Of a stretch of 64,000 nucleotides of DNA, positions 1 to 8,839 are shown piece by piece. Origin of the DNA: Candidatus Hydrogenedens sp. (GTDB lineage Bacteria; Hydrogenedentota; Hydrogenedentia; Hydrogenedentales; Hydrogenedentaceae); assembly GCA_049968235.1 (NCBI GenBank), contig JBMFRC010000002.1:1-64000 (forward strand). Reading direction: 5' to 3'. Every line of letters starts with the position of its first letter. Position 1 is the first letter of the stretch. The notes below the pieces were generated by a model. The model saw only the letters and a program-made list of their open reading frames with translations. It was not told the origin of the DNA and searched no databases. The position numbers were made by a program, and so were the translations under genes.

Positions 1-639
1 TACAGGTACCTGCCGAATAAAATAATTTTCAGAGATTGTGTTACTGCATTCTCTTAACAATTCTATATTAATTGTAAAACCTAATATTTCTTGTATTTTG
101 GCTTTTATTTGTTGTAAATTATCGGCGACATCATTGTATGTAAAGTTAGAGCCACCACCTCCAAACCCCAAAGATTCAAGGACACTCACGATGGATGGTG
201 TTGGATTTTCACCTTCTGGCGTGCCTTCTGGTGTTCCTTCTCCACCCTCTGCAGTTATTTTAATTGGTATCTCTACAGGAGGAACTACTTTTTTACCTGT
301 TTTGGGGTCAACCTGCGATACAATTATTTTCCCCGTATGTTCTCCTGCAGGTAATCCTTCCCGTGAGACAAGGATAGTAACTTCTTTCACATCCTTTCTT
401 TTCTTACTTACATCCTGAGTAGGCATAATGCCAACTACCCAGTTGACATTACTTTCTACCTTAAACACAAGTTTTTTAAGAATGATAAACTTATCATTCC
501 ACACTTTAATCTTTGCCTGGTCTAAGTCTTTTCCAAAGTCTATGGAAGTGGGACTTACACCAATCTTAGGGGTGCATCCTGATAACAGCAGGATGATTTG
601 TGTAACTAAAACCAGCGCTAACAAATTCTTTTTCTGCAT
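1..639 (-). CDS. Lipoprotein of unknown function, 3' end truncated by the window edge
   Basis: The reverse complement of 1-639 is open with no stop. It starts at ATG 637-639 (minus strand) with GGAG 8 nt upstream. The N-terminus MQKKNLLALVLVTQIILLLSGC has a signal peptide and LSGC lipobox, followed by a beta-rich region and a Gly/Pro/Glu/Thr linker. It is absent from the ORF track because the stop lies off-window. Confidence 0.5.
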   Translation of the reverse strand, partial: MQKKNLLALVLVTQIILLLSGCTPKIGVSPTSIDFGKDLDQAKIKVWNDKFIILKKLVFKVESNVNWVVGIMPTQDVSKKRKDVKEVTILVSREGLPAGEHTGKIIVSQVDPKTGKKVVPPVEIPIKITAEGGEGTPEGTPEGENPTPSIVSVLESLGFGGGGSNFTYNDVADNLQQIKAKIQEILGFTINIELLRECSNTISENYFIRQVPV

Positions 640-914
640 CGCTAAACTCCTCATATTTAATTGAGTTGTTATATTAATTGTTTTATCCTTTATATTCACA
701 ATTTATAAACTTAAAAAAATATATACCATATTTCTTTACTGAAATGCAAATTATTTTAAATTTTTTCAAAAAATTTTCATCAAAAAAACTTTATTAATAC
801 ACGCTTTTATATTTTGCCTTAATTTAACAAACATTTAACACATTTGTCAAACATTTTATTCCATATTTTAAAAGGAACAATCACTAAATATTACTTATAA
901 CATATTGAAAATTA

Positions 915-1898
915 TCATTTCAAGTCGTAAGGTATTTTTACTATATCTATCATTACTATCTCTGGCTGAGCATTAAAACGAACGGGTACATCTGTGGTGC
1001 CCAATCCAGATGAAGTATATCCTTTCATCTCTCGATATTCCCATTTGCCAGAGGCAAATTTCCGTTTGCAATTGGCATTGACATATATAGGTCCTAATAA
1101 CGGCAGACCAATTTGTCCGCCATGAGTATGACCACAAAGATAAAGATTTACACCCCAGAGTAATGCTTCTTCTATTACTTCGGGGGAATGGGAAAGCATA
1201 ATGTTAAACGCTTCTTTGGGAGCATGGATAATAGAAGATGCCACATCGGCACATTCAAATCCGTGTTGTACATCTACACCACTAATCCATAATTTAGCAC
1301 CGTTGTGATTTATTACTACTCCTTCATTTACTAAAATATGTATTCCGGCTTCATTAAATTTTTCCCTTACAGAACTTATGTCATGATTTCCCAATACCCC
1401 ATATATTCCATATTTTGATTCTACAGGTTCTAACATTTCTTTTATCATTGGTACAACAAAATCTTCCGGACCAAAATATCCAAAACGATAATCCCCTCCT
1501 AAAAGAATCAAATCCACAGGTGTTTGGATTTGCTGTAAAACACTTGACCCTGCAATGAACCAGGAAAGATATGTTTGTGATAAGTGCAAATCCGCAATAA
1601 ATAAAATTTTAAATCCATGCAATTCTTTGTGGATATCAGGGTAAACAAATTTTATTTTGTGTAGATTAACCCTGGAAGCATTTAATTGCCCTCTTCCATA
1701 AAGCCCTAAACATTTTAATAAAAAAGATATTGTCTTTGTTTTTAGATATTCGAAGCCATTAATTTTTTGAAATTCATCCCCTTCATATAAATTAAGTTTT
1801 TTTTCTATTTGAATTCTTTTTTCCCAGAGTTCTCTTCGTTTTAATTCAAACTCATCTATATCGGTTTGTTGATTTTTTTGGATATTTTCTTTTTCCAT
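915..1898 (-). CDS. Calcineurin-like metallophosphoesterase
   Basis: Motifs FIADLHL, LGGDY, GNHD and GHTHGGQ are typical of the metallophosphoesterase fold (YaeI-like). Confidence 0.7.
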   Translation of the reverse strand: MEKENIQKNQQTDIDEFELKRRELWEKRIQIEKKLNLYEGDEFQKINGFEYLKTKTISFLLKCLGLYGRGQLNASRVNLHKIKFVYPDIHKELHGFKILFIADLHLSQTYLSWFIAGSSVLQQIQTPVDLILLGGDYRFGYFGPEDFVVPMIKEMLEPVESKYGIYGVLGNHDISSVREKFNEAGIHILVNEGVVINHNGAKLWISGVDVQHGFECADVASSIIHAPKEAFNIMLSHSPEVIEEALLWGVNLYLCGHTHGGQIGLPLLGPIYVNANCKRKFASGKWEYREMKGYTSSGLGTTDVPVRFNAQPEIVMIDIVKIPYDLK

Positions 1899-1904
1899 TT
1901 TTAC

Positions 1905-2738
1905 TTAACAGAAAGATTCCAGATGCCATGTTGCTTTTATAAAACCTTCTTCACGAGATTGACAACTATCTTCGTGTTCAATACTTAAAACACCATCATA
2001 TCCATTGTGTTTCAGATGACTAATATATTCTCCCCATCGTATAACACCAAACCCGGGCAATACATACCTCCACCATCCTTCTCCATAAATACCTGTTTTT
2101 GACTTTTTTGTATAATCAATCAATATATCCTTTGCATGGGTATGGAAAATCCGATTCTTATATTCATACACCGGGAATAAATAATCGCATTCTTGATGAA
2201 CCAGATGAGAAGGGTCATAATTTAATCCGAAATTATCGTCGGGTATTGCTTTAAATATTTCCTCGAAGGTATCCAATCCTTGCAAATTTGTCTGATACCA
2301 ATTTTCCAAAGCAATTCGAATATTTTTTTTGCGAGCATGGGATAAAATAGGTGCAAATGCCCTGGGTAGAATTTTTCGTATTGTCTCAATTTTGCTCATA
2401 CCCGAAGCCGGAAAACCACTCAACATACAGATTGTATCCACTCCCAGTTTAACAGCGGAATCTATCACTTGCTTTGCGGTTTCTTGAACCATTTTACATT
2501 TCTTAGGGTCTGTTATTGAAGCATCATAGTAAGCAAGAGAAGTAATAACACAACATTGGTTTTCCAGCTTATCACGAATGGATTTAATTTTATTTTTATC
2601 TAATTTTACCGGGTCAATATGAAGACTCCCTGGATACGAAATAATTTCCAGACCTGTTATATTTGCTGTTTCTGCAAAATCAATTACTTTATCCAATGTT
2701 TGGTCAGCAAATGCTGCTGTTAACATTCCGACAAACAT
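1905..2738 (-). CDS. Sugar phosphate isomerase/epimerase (xylose-isomerase-like TIM barrel)
   Basis: Contains IALENW, HTHAKD and SIEHED motifs. The likely start is MFVGML at 2738, with AAGGAGG 7 nt upstream. The track ORF start at 2816 is an upstream extension. Confidence 0.65.
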   Translation of the reverse strand: MFVGMLTAAFADQTLDKVIDFAETANITGLEIISYPGSLHIDPVKLDKNKIKSIRDKLENQCCVITSLAYYDASITDPKKCKMVQETAKQVIDSAVKLGVDTICMLSGFPASGMSKIETIRKILPRAFAPILSHARKKNIRIALENWYQTNLQGLDTFEEIFKAIPDDNFGLNYDPSHLVHQECDYLFPVYEYKNRIFHTHAKDILIDYTKKSKTGIYGEGWWRYVLPGFGVIRWGEYISHLKHNGYDGVLSIEHEDSCQSREEGFIKATWHLESFC

Positions 2739-2803
2739 ATTACCTCCTTTACAAAAAATAAATAGAAAATTAGGCAAGTAAATATTTATATATAGGAAAA
2801 CCG

Positions 2804-4232
2804 TTATTTTGCCCAAATAATATCATAATATTTTTTTACCTGTCCTTTTAATAATTTTAAGTTCTCGATAACATCCTTATTTCCACCCGCATATTCAATC
2901 ATCAATCTTCCTTCTTCAAAACACATCTCATCATGTAAAGGCAAGACATAACGTAATAAGAAGTGGGTATAAGCAACTAAACGATAAGGTCCATAAGGAC
3001 GGGGTAATTGTCCACCAGGAGTTTCAACTGCGACCGCATTTTCTTCTTTAATTGCATGAATTAAATCATTAAATTCAAGCGAAGGAGAAAAGCAAAGGGT
3101 GTAATATCTTCCAAACATATCATGATTCTCACAACTGTGGCTGTCACTAATTCCTACAATAGGGACTTTTTTCCCTTTTGATTTTGCTTCGATGTATTTT
3201 GCTAACTGTAAATTATTCACATCTACCTCTTGCAGTTCATCCCAACTGAAACCACTGATAAGTTCTACTGCATCAAAAATTGTTGTTTCGTATAAATAAT
3301 CTACTAACGCATTTGCAATATAATTTGTATTTCCCGGTCTCCAATAGGGATGAGCAAAAATACCTAATCCACCTCTTTCTCTAATTTTTTGGAATGTCCA
3401 CAAACAGGAAGCATATTGGAATTTATCCACGCCATAAGGCATATCACCAAGAGTATTCATTATATTTTGAACCTCTTCGCGATAAGTTTTATCATCTGTT
3501 CTGTAAAGTTCTGTAATTCCTTCTTTTGCTCCAAAACTTACAAAATGAACCGGATTATCCGGAGGATGAACTTCTTCTGCAGGGTAAATACGCAAATCAA
3601 TGGGCAAACCTTCAAATTGTTTAATTGCCTCTAATGAACCTGAATAATTTCGATGGTCTGATAAACCCATAAAATCATAACCTACTCTTCTGCATGCTTC
3701 CGACCACGTATCCTGGAGATTCTTTGCCGTCTGAACGGTAACTATGCATATGGAAATCCCCTTTATAGGGACGAAGAGCGAACAAATCAGGTTTTAAGGA
3801 ATATACATGAAAATTGCCTATTTCTTTGACCTTATTATCTGGGGTAATTTCTTCTAATCGAAAGATGTGTTCCTGTTCTGCTTCAAAATATTTTTTTATT
3901 GTGAATATATTATTCTGTGGCACGATTTCTTCTGCCTGAGCCTTAGTCCAACCTGTCTGTGTTGCATATCTTCCGACAGGGGTATAAGTCATCCTATAGG
4001 TATGAAGTGGTTTGGGGAAAGCATCAAATCGTGAAATAATTTGAATTGTAGTTTCTTTATCCGCAGGAACTATACGAGGAACAACTTGGAAATAACGGTC
4101 AGGGGCGTAGGCTTTTAAACCGCTGGGAAGTGCTGGTGTGAACAAACCTTGTGAATAGGATTGAACGCAACAAAAAACCCAGAACAAACAGAAAGATACT
4201 GTTATGAGAGTTAAATGTGCTCTTTTCATCAT
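2804..4232 (-). pseudogene. Secreted PHP-domain phosphoesterase split by a 1-nt frameshift near 3680-3700
   Basis: ORF 3675..4232 has a signal peptide (MMKRAHLTLITVSFCLFWVFCC) and ends in PHP motif I GDFHMHSYRSDG, then stops after 16 more codons. ORF 2804..3670, shifted one frame, reads upstream as ...QDTWSEACRRVGYDFMGLSDHRN (PHP motif II) with no stop. Removing a single nucleotide in gaatctccagg joins them into a canonical PHP N-terminus. Confidence 0.55.
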
Positions 4233-4347
4233 TTTTCTCCTAAATCATTAAATTGTTTTATATATATTCAAATATAATAAAATAAAGAGAATTTTAATTG
4301 TAAAAGAAGTAAAAACACAAACTAAAAATATTAATTCAAGTATAGAT

Positions 4348-5319
4348 ATGTTTCTTTATTTACTGACAACTGTAATTTGTTTCTCTGTTTCACAAACAAA
4401 TATACCACTTTCAACAAATTCCCATCAGCCTATTCGTAACTATTGGGAACATATCCAGGGATTAATCCAACAGTTTGATGAAATAAGAGAATCCGACATT
4501 CCCAATAAAACAAGATATTCTCGGACAGTTAATAAAAAGTATCCATTTGACTTATTTCGTTCGCTAACTCCACGTGAACTTATACGGGCATGTCGTGAAA
4601 GTATTAAATCAGCAAGAGAAGAAGGAAAACAGAAACACTGGACTGAAGAAGAAATCTCTCTCAAATGTGAAGAAAATATCAGTTATGCTCTGGAATACTG
4701 TGGAATCTTGATAGAGAAAAGTTCAGAAGTTGACTACTTGATATTTAGTATGGGGGAGGAGCAAGAAGAACCAGAACTTCGATTGTTTTTATTAAATCAG
4801 TGTATCCCTAACAGAAAGTCAAAAAGTTTGTTCAGTCTCCACTTTCAGATGCTTTTAAATAAAAGAGCGGAGGAATATCTAAAAACGCTATCGATAATAG
4901 TAAAAAGGGTAACCGAAAAACCTAACATCCAGATAGCAGGAATAGATGCGTTATACTCATTTTTTCTGGAACAATATCAGAAATGTATTATAAAAGACCC
5001 TATTTATCAGGCATACGCTAATGAAAAACATGAAAAGATAACTCCTTTGTGGTTAGAAAATCCACAAATTCCGAAACCATTAGAAACCACACAAATGGAA
5101 ATCAATAAACTGGACCGTCAGTTAGAAGATTTCATCGTTCAATTGGAATTAAAAATTACTGATAAACGACAGATTCACGAAGCAGTTGCAAAAAAATCAA
5201 AAGAAGTGTTAGAAAAGATATACAATAATTTACCTGTTAAGGGAAAAGAGCGATTAAAAACCTTTATATCGGGTGATATACCACTATCAAAAAAATCAGG
5301 AAATAGGGATACTTCGTAA
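4348..5319 (+). CDS. Hypothetical helical protein
   Basis: A 323-aa ORF with a hydrophobic N-terminus and no recognised motif. Its stop overlaps the next start (TAATG). Confidence 0.4.
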   Translation: MFLYLLTTVICFSVSQTNIPLSTNSHQPIRNYWEHIQGLIQQFDEIRESDIPNKTRYSRTVNKKYPFDLFRSLTPRELIRACRESIKSAREEGKQKHWTEEEISLKCEENISYALEYCGILIEKSSEVDYLIFSMGEEQEEPELRLFLLNQCIPNRKSKSLFSLHFQMLLNKRAEEYLKTLSIIVKRVTEKPNIQIAGIDALYSFFLEQYQKCIIKDPIYQAYANEKHEKITPLWLENPQIPKPLETTQMEINKLDRQLEDFIVQLELKITDKRQIHEAVAKKSKEVLEKIYNNLPVKGKERLKTFISGDIPLSKKSGNRDTS

Positions 5320-6101
5320 TGCTGACAAGCAAACAAAAACTAAAACAGGCGGAAAGTTTGTACGAGGAAAAGAAATATACCGAGGCATTAAAATTACTTG
5401 ATGAACTTGAACAGGAAAATCCGGGAGAAAAGAAAGTTGCTTATGGTCGTGCCATGTGTCTTGCACGATTAGGAAATTTTGCTGATGCTATGCTTTTATG
5501 CGATGAGTTATTAGCCCGTTATAGAGACGAGAAAGCAAAAGTATTAAAAGAAAAAATAATGCAATGGGCAGAAGAAGCCAATGCATTACATCATACATTA
5601 ACAAAAGAACCTCAATCTCCCCCATCTATTATTTGGGAATATACAAAAAGGGTTTTGTGGCTTTTACTATTTCTGTTTTCCATAGGAATGCCTTTCATAG
5701 GATGGTGGGGACTTATGGTAACTATTAACAAAGACTGGATTTCGGTATCACTCGAGGGGACTTTAACCTTTGCGATACTCTGGCCACTTCTAATGCAAGG
5801 TTTTTTCTGGCTATCCTTACAAGGGACAAGGGCTCAAACATTTGGAGATACTAAAGTTATTGGGATAACTAACTGGTTTTTAGATACTGTAATACTTACC
5901 TTTTTAAATCTATTTCCAATTATCGGTTGGTTCTTAGGTGCATGGTGGCTTATGGTAAAAAGAGAACTATCTTTTAGTTCTTCCTTTGCATTGATGATAT
6001 TAAACTTTTTTCTCTTCTGGCTATCTTTTTTAGGAATAGTTGCAAGTATTGGACTGGGTGGATGGGCATGGATTTTAGCCCCTTATATATTAAAAATGTA
6101 A
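5319..6101 (+). CDS. Membrane protein with TPR-like N-terminal region and about 5 TM helices
   Basis: The N-terminus (EEKKYTEALKLLDEL...YGRAMCLARLGNFADAM) resembles TPR, followed by hydrophobic Trp-rich helices. Confidence 0.4.
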   Translation: MLTSKQKLKQAESLYEEKKYTEALKLLDELEQENPGEKKVAYGRAMCLARLGNFADAMLLCDELLARYRDEKAKVLKEKIMQWAEEANALHHTLTKEPQSPPSIIWEYTKRVLWLLLFLFSIGMPFIGWWGLMVTINKDWISVSLEGTLTFAILWPLLMQGFFWLSLQGTRAQTFGDTKVIGITNWFLDTVILTFLNLFPIIGWFLGAWWLMVKRELSFSSSFALMILNFFLFWLSFLGIVASIGLGGWAWILAPYILKM

Positions 6102-6146
6102 TTATAAATCTAAATATTATATTTAATTTTATAGTCACCGATTCTT

Positions 6147-7736
6147 ATGAATAAAAAGGTTGTTGTTATAGGCTGGGATGGGGCAACTCGACAGGTAATT
6201 GAAAGGGGAATAAATGAAGGGTGGTTGCCTACATTAAAATCATTTATCTCGGAAGGTTCTTTTCTCAATCTTTCTTCCACTATACCACCCGCAACCATTC
6301 CCGCATGGACATCCTGTTTTACAGGTGTTAACCCCGGTAAACATGGTTATTTCGACTTTACTGAAATAATGAATGGAACTTATCAAATCCGTTTTACCAA
6401 TGGCTCTTTTCGTAAATTCCCGGCTGTCTGGAATTGGCTAACAAAAGCAGGGGGAAGAAGTATTGTAATAGGAGTTCCTGGCACATATCCTGTAGAAAAA
6501 ATTAATGGGATTATGATTTCTGGTTTTGTATCGCCTTTACCCGGAAAAATTACACCCGAACAGGTATATCCACAAGAAATCTTTTCCTCTGTAAAAAACT
6601 GGGGATATGGTGGTATCAATGAAAATAATATAAAAAAAGGATGGCACCAACAAGCAGTAACAAAATTATTAGAACGATTAAAAAGAAAGGAGCAAATTAT
6701 ATTAAACCTATTGGAAAATGAAGACTGGGACCTTTTTATTTCCATATTCAACGAGACAGATACGGTAAGTCATCATTTCTGGATGTTCTGGGATGAATCC
6801 TCTCCCCGCTATCAGAATGGTTTTAAGGATGCCATACCAACTATTTATCAACACCTCGATACAATTTTCTATAAAATCGTAAAAAAAATTCAAAGAAAAT
6901 ATAACAATTGCTTAATTTTGATTGTATCAGACCACGGTTTCCAATCTTCCAGTAAAACCGTACTATATATCAATAATTGGCTTGCTCAAAAAGGTTATTT
7001 GCATTTCCGTTCTGATAGAACCCCTTTATTAAAAAATCTTGCTTTAAAACTATTTCCTTATAATCTCCAAACTTCTCTATTCAGGTATTTCAAAGGTTAT
7101 GTTGAGAAACTGGAAAGTCAATCTCGTTTTTCAAGGATTGACTGGCTAAGTACTTCTGCTTTTTCAGAAGAATTAGATTATTTTCCATCCGTAAGAATTA
7201 ATTTGAAAGGTAGAGAACCTCATGGAATTATTCCCGAAGAGAATTATTTTGAATTTATTTATCATTTATGTGAGGAATTAAAAAAATGGCAATTTGTAAA
7301 AAATGCTCATTTTCGAGAAGATTTATATAAAGGTCCTTATACAGAAAAAGCACCTGATATAATACTTGAATTAAAAGAAGATAATGGGGCTATACCTTGT
7401 TGTGTTCGTTCCAGAGGCACGGACACATTTCACATTCTTCATTCTAACGAATTTCAAGGGACAAAAGGACAAGGTATGAATGGTCATCACAAAAAGGAAG
7501 GGATTCTATGCATATCTGAAAAGGTTGATAATAAGAGTGCTAGAATTGAAGATGTAGCAAGCACCATTGCTGGAGTTATGCAAATCCCGTGTCCGCCCCT
7601 TGATGGGAAACCATTATTAGGTTCCTTACTAATAAATAATGATTTTCAATTTCCTGATAGCGAAGAAAAAGAATTAACTCCTTATGAAGAATGGTTATTA
7701 ACCCAACAAATGAAAATGATAGGTTATTGGCAATGA
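6147..7736 (+). CDS. Alkaline-phosphatase-superfamily phosphodiesterase/nucleotide pyrophosphatase-like protein
   Basis: VVIGWDGATRQ at the N-terminus, IPAWTS, and a LILIVSDHGF (DHG) metal-site motif. Confidence 0.6.
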   Translation: MNKKVVVIGWDGATRQVIERGINEGWLPTLKSFISEGSFLNLSSTIPPATIPAWTSCFTGVNPGKHGYFDFTEIMNGTYQIRFTNGSFRKFPAVWNWLTKAGGRSIVIGVPGTYPVEKINGIMISGFVSPLPGKITPEQVYPQEIFSSVKNWGYGGINENNIKKGWHQQAVTKLLERLKRKEQIILNLLENEDWDLFISIFNETDTVSHHFWMFWDESSPRYQNGFKDAIPTIYQHLDTIFYKIVKKIQRKYNNCLILIVSDHGFQSSSKTVLYINNWLAQKGYLHFRSDRTPLLKNLALKLFPYNLQTSLFRYFKGYVEKLESQSRFSRIDWLSTSAFSEELDYFPSVRINLKGREPHGIIPEENYFEFIYHLCEELKKWQFVKNAHFREDLYKGPYTEKAPDIILELKEDNGAIPCCVRSRGTDTFHILHSNEFQGTKGQGMNGHHKKEGILCISEKVDNKSARIEDVASTIAGVMQIPCPPLDGKPLLGSLLINNDFQFPDSEEKELTPYEEWLLTQQMKMIGYWQ

Positions 7737-8839
7737 GTCTTAAAATAGCATTTGTAGCAGGGTGTCCGTATCCTGTTCCTCAGGGTTCACAGGCATTTAT
7801 CCGTGAAAATGCTCTTGCTTTACAAAAAAGGGGACATGATATTCATTTGATTGTATATGGATATGGGACAAATCATTCTACTGATAATTTCCAGATACAT
7901 CGATGTCCTAACATACTCGGTGAAAATCGGACTTCTGCAGGCCCTTCTATAAAAAAAATCTGGCTCGACCTGCTTATGGTAAAAACAGTTCAAAAAGTCT
8001 GTCATGAGCAAAAAATTCAAGTACTATTCGCACATAATTATGAAGGTCTTATTATTGCTCTCCTCTCTGGCTTCCGTCCTGTTATCTATCATGCTCACAA
8101 TGCAATGAGTGATGAATTGCCTTATTACTTTAATCGTGGAAAAAATTTTTTTGCTTTATTAGGCAAATACATTGATATGAAATTTCCACAAAAAGCAAAT
8201 TATATAATTACACCTCATGAACGACTTGGAGCCAATTTATTACTAAAGGGAATAAAAAAAGAAAAACTCTGTATCATTCCTCCCCCGGTAGATTCTATAT
8301 CCTTCCCGGTAAGTCAAATACAAAAAGATATCCTTCCCCCTATTTTATACACAGGCAATTTAGACCAATATCAAAACCTCGATTTTCTTTTTCATGTCAT
8401 AGACCGTGTGCGAAAAGAAATCCCGGAAACACGGCTAATTATAGGGACATTTGAGAAACAAAAAATACAAGGAGCAGAACTTGTCCATATTGGCACATTT
8501 GATTCGTTAAAAAAACTGCTCAAAGAAGATTCCATAATGGCAATACCTCGTGTCTCATGGTCTGGCTATCCCATTAAACTACTAAATGCAATGGCAAGTG
8601 GAAAACCTATAGTTTGTTGCGAAAGTTCCGCTTATGGAATTCAAAATGGTTTCAATGGAATAGTTGTTCCGGATAATGATATAGAAAGTTTCGCTCAATC
8701 ACTTATTACACTTATGAAAACACCTTCCCTTCGTGAAGAATTAGGGAAAAATGCTCGTAATACTATTCAAGTCAAACACAATCCTGAGATTATAGGGAAA
8801 ACATTAGAAGATTTATGTCTCTTATGTATTCAGAAATAA
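7733..8839 (+). CDS. Glycosyltransferase family 4
   Basis: GT-B architecture with MSLKIAFVAGCPYPVPQG...HAHN and a C-terminal CCESSAYGIQNGFNGIVV E-x7-E-like region. The start ATG 7733 overlaps the upstream stop (ATGA). Confidence 0.6.
   Translation: MSLKIAFVAGCPYPVPQGSQAFIRENALALQKRGHDIHLIVYGYGTNHSTDNFQIHRCPNILGENRTSAGPSIKKIWLDLLMVKTVQKVCHEQKIQVLFAHNYEGLIIALLSGFRPVIYHAHNAMSDELPYYFNRGKNFFALLGKYIDMKFPQKANYIITPHERLGANLLLKGIKKEKLCIIPPPVDSISFPVSQIQKDILPPILYTGNLDQYQNLDFLFHVIDRVRKEIPETRLIIGTFEKQKIQGAELVHIGTFDSLKKLLKEDSIMAIPRVSWSGYPIKLLNAMASGKPIVCCESSAYGIQNGFNGIVVPDNDIESFAQSLITLMKTPSLREELGKNARNTIQVKHNPEIIGKTLEDLCLLCIQK

Noticed and set aside
38-664. Plus-strand ORFs 38..418 and 428..664
   Set aside because: They are antisense to a clean minus-strand lipoprotein ORF that has an RBS, a signal peptide and a lipobox. 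Their translations are low-complexity (PPPP, SP repeats) with no start context.
820-880. Near-palindromic CAAACATTT / AAATGTTTG words upstream of the metallophosphoesterase operon
   Set aside because: The symmetry is imperfect and the region is generic AT-rich intergenic DNA. It is too weak to call an operator.
2739-2816. Upstream extension of the sugar-phosphate isomerase ORF (MGKITVFLYINIYLPNF…)
   Set aside because: AT-rich, Phe/Ile/Asn-dominated translation. A strong AAGGAGG RBS precedes the internal Met at 2738.
3389-3634. 81-aa plus-strand ORF inside the PHP-domain gene
   Set aside because: Antisense to a recognisable PHP-domain coding sequence. It has typical shadow-ORF composition.
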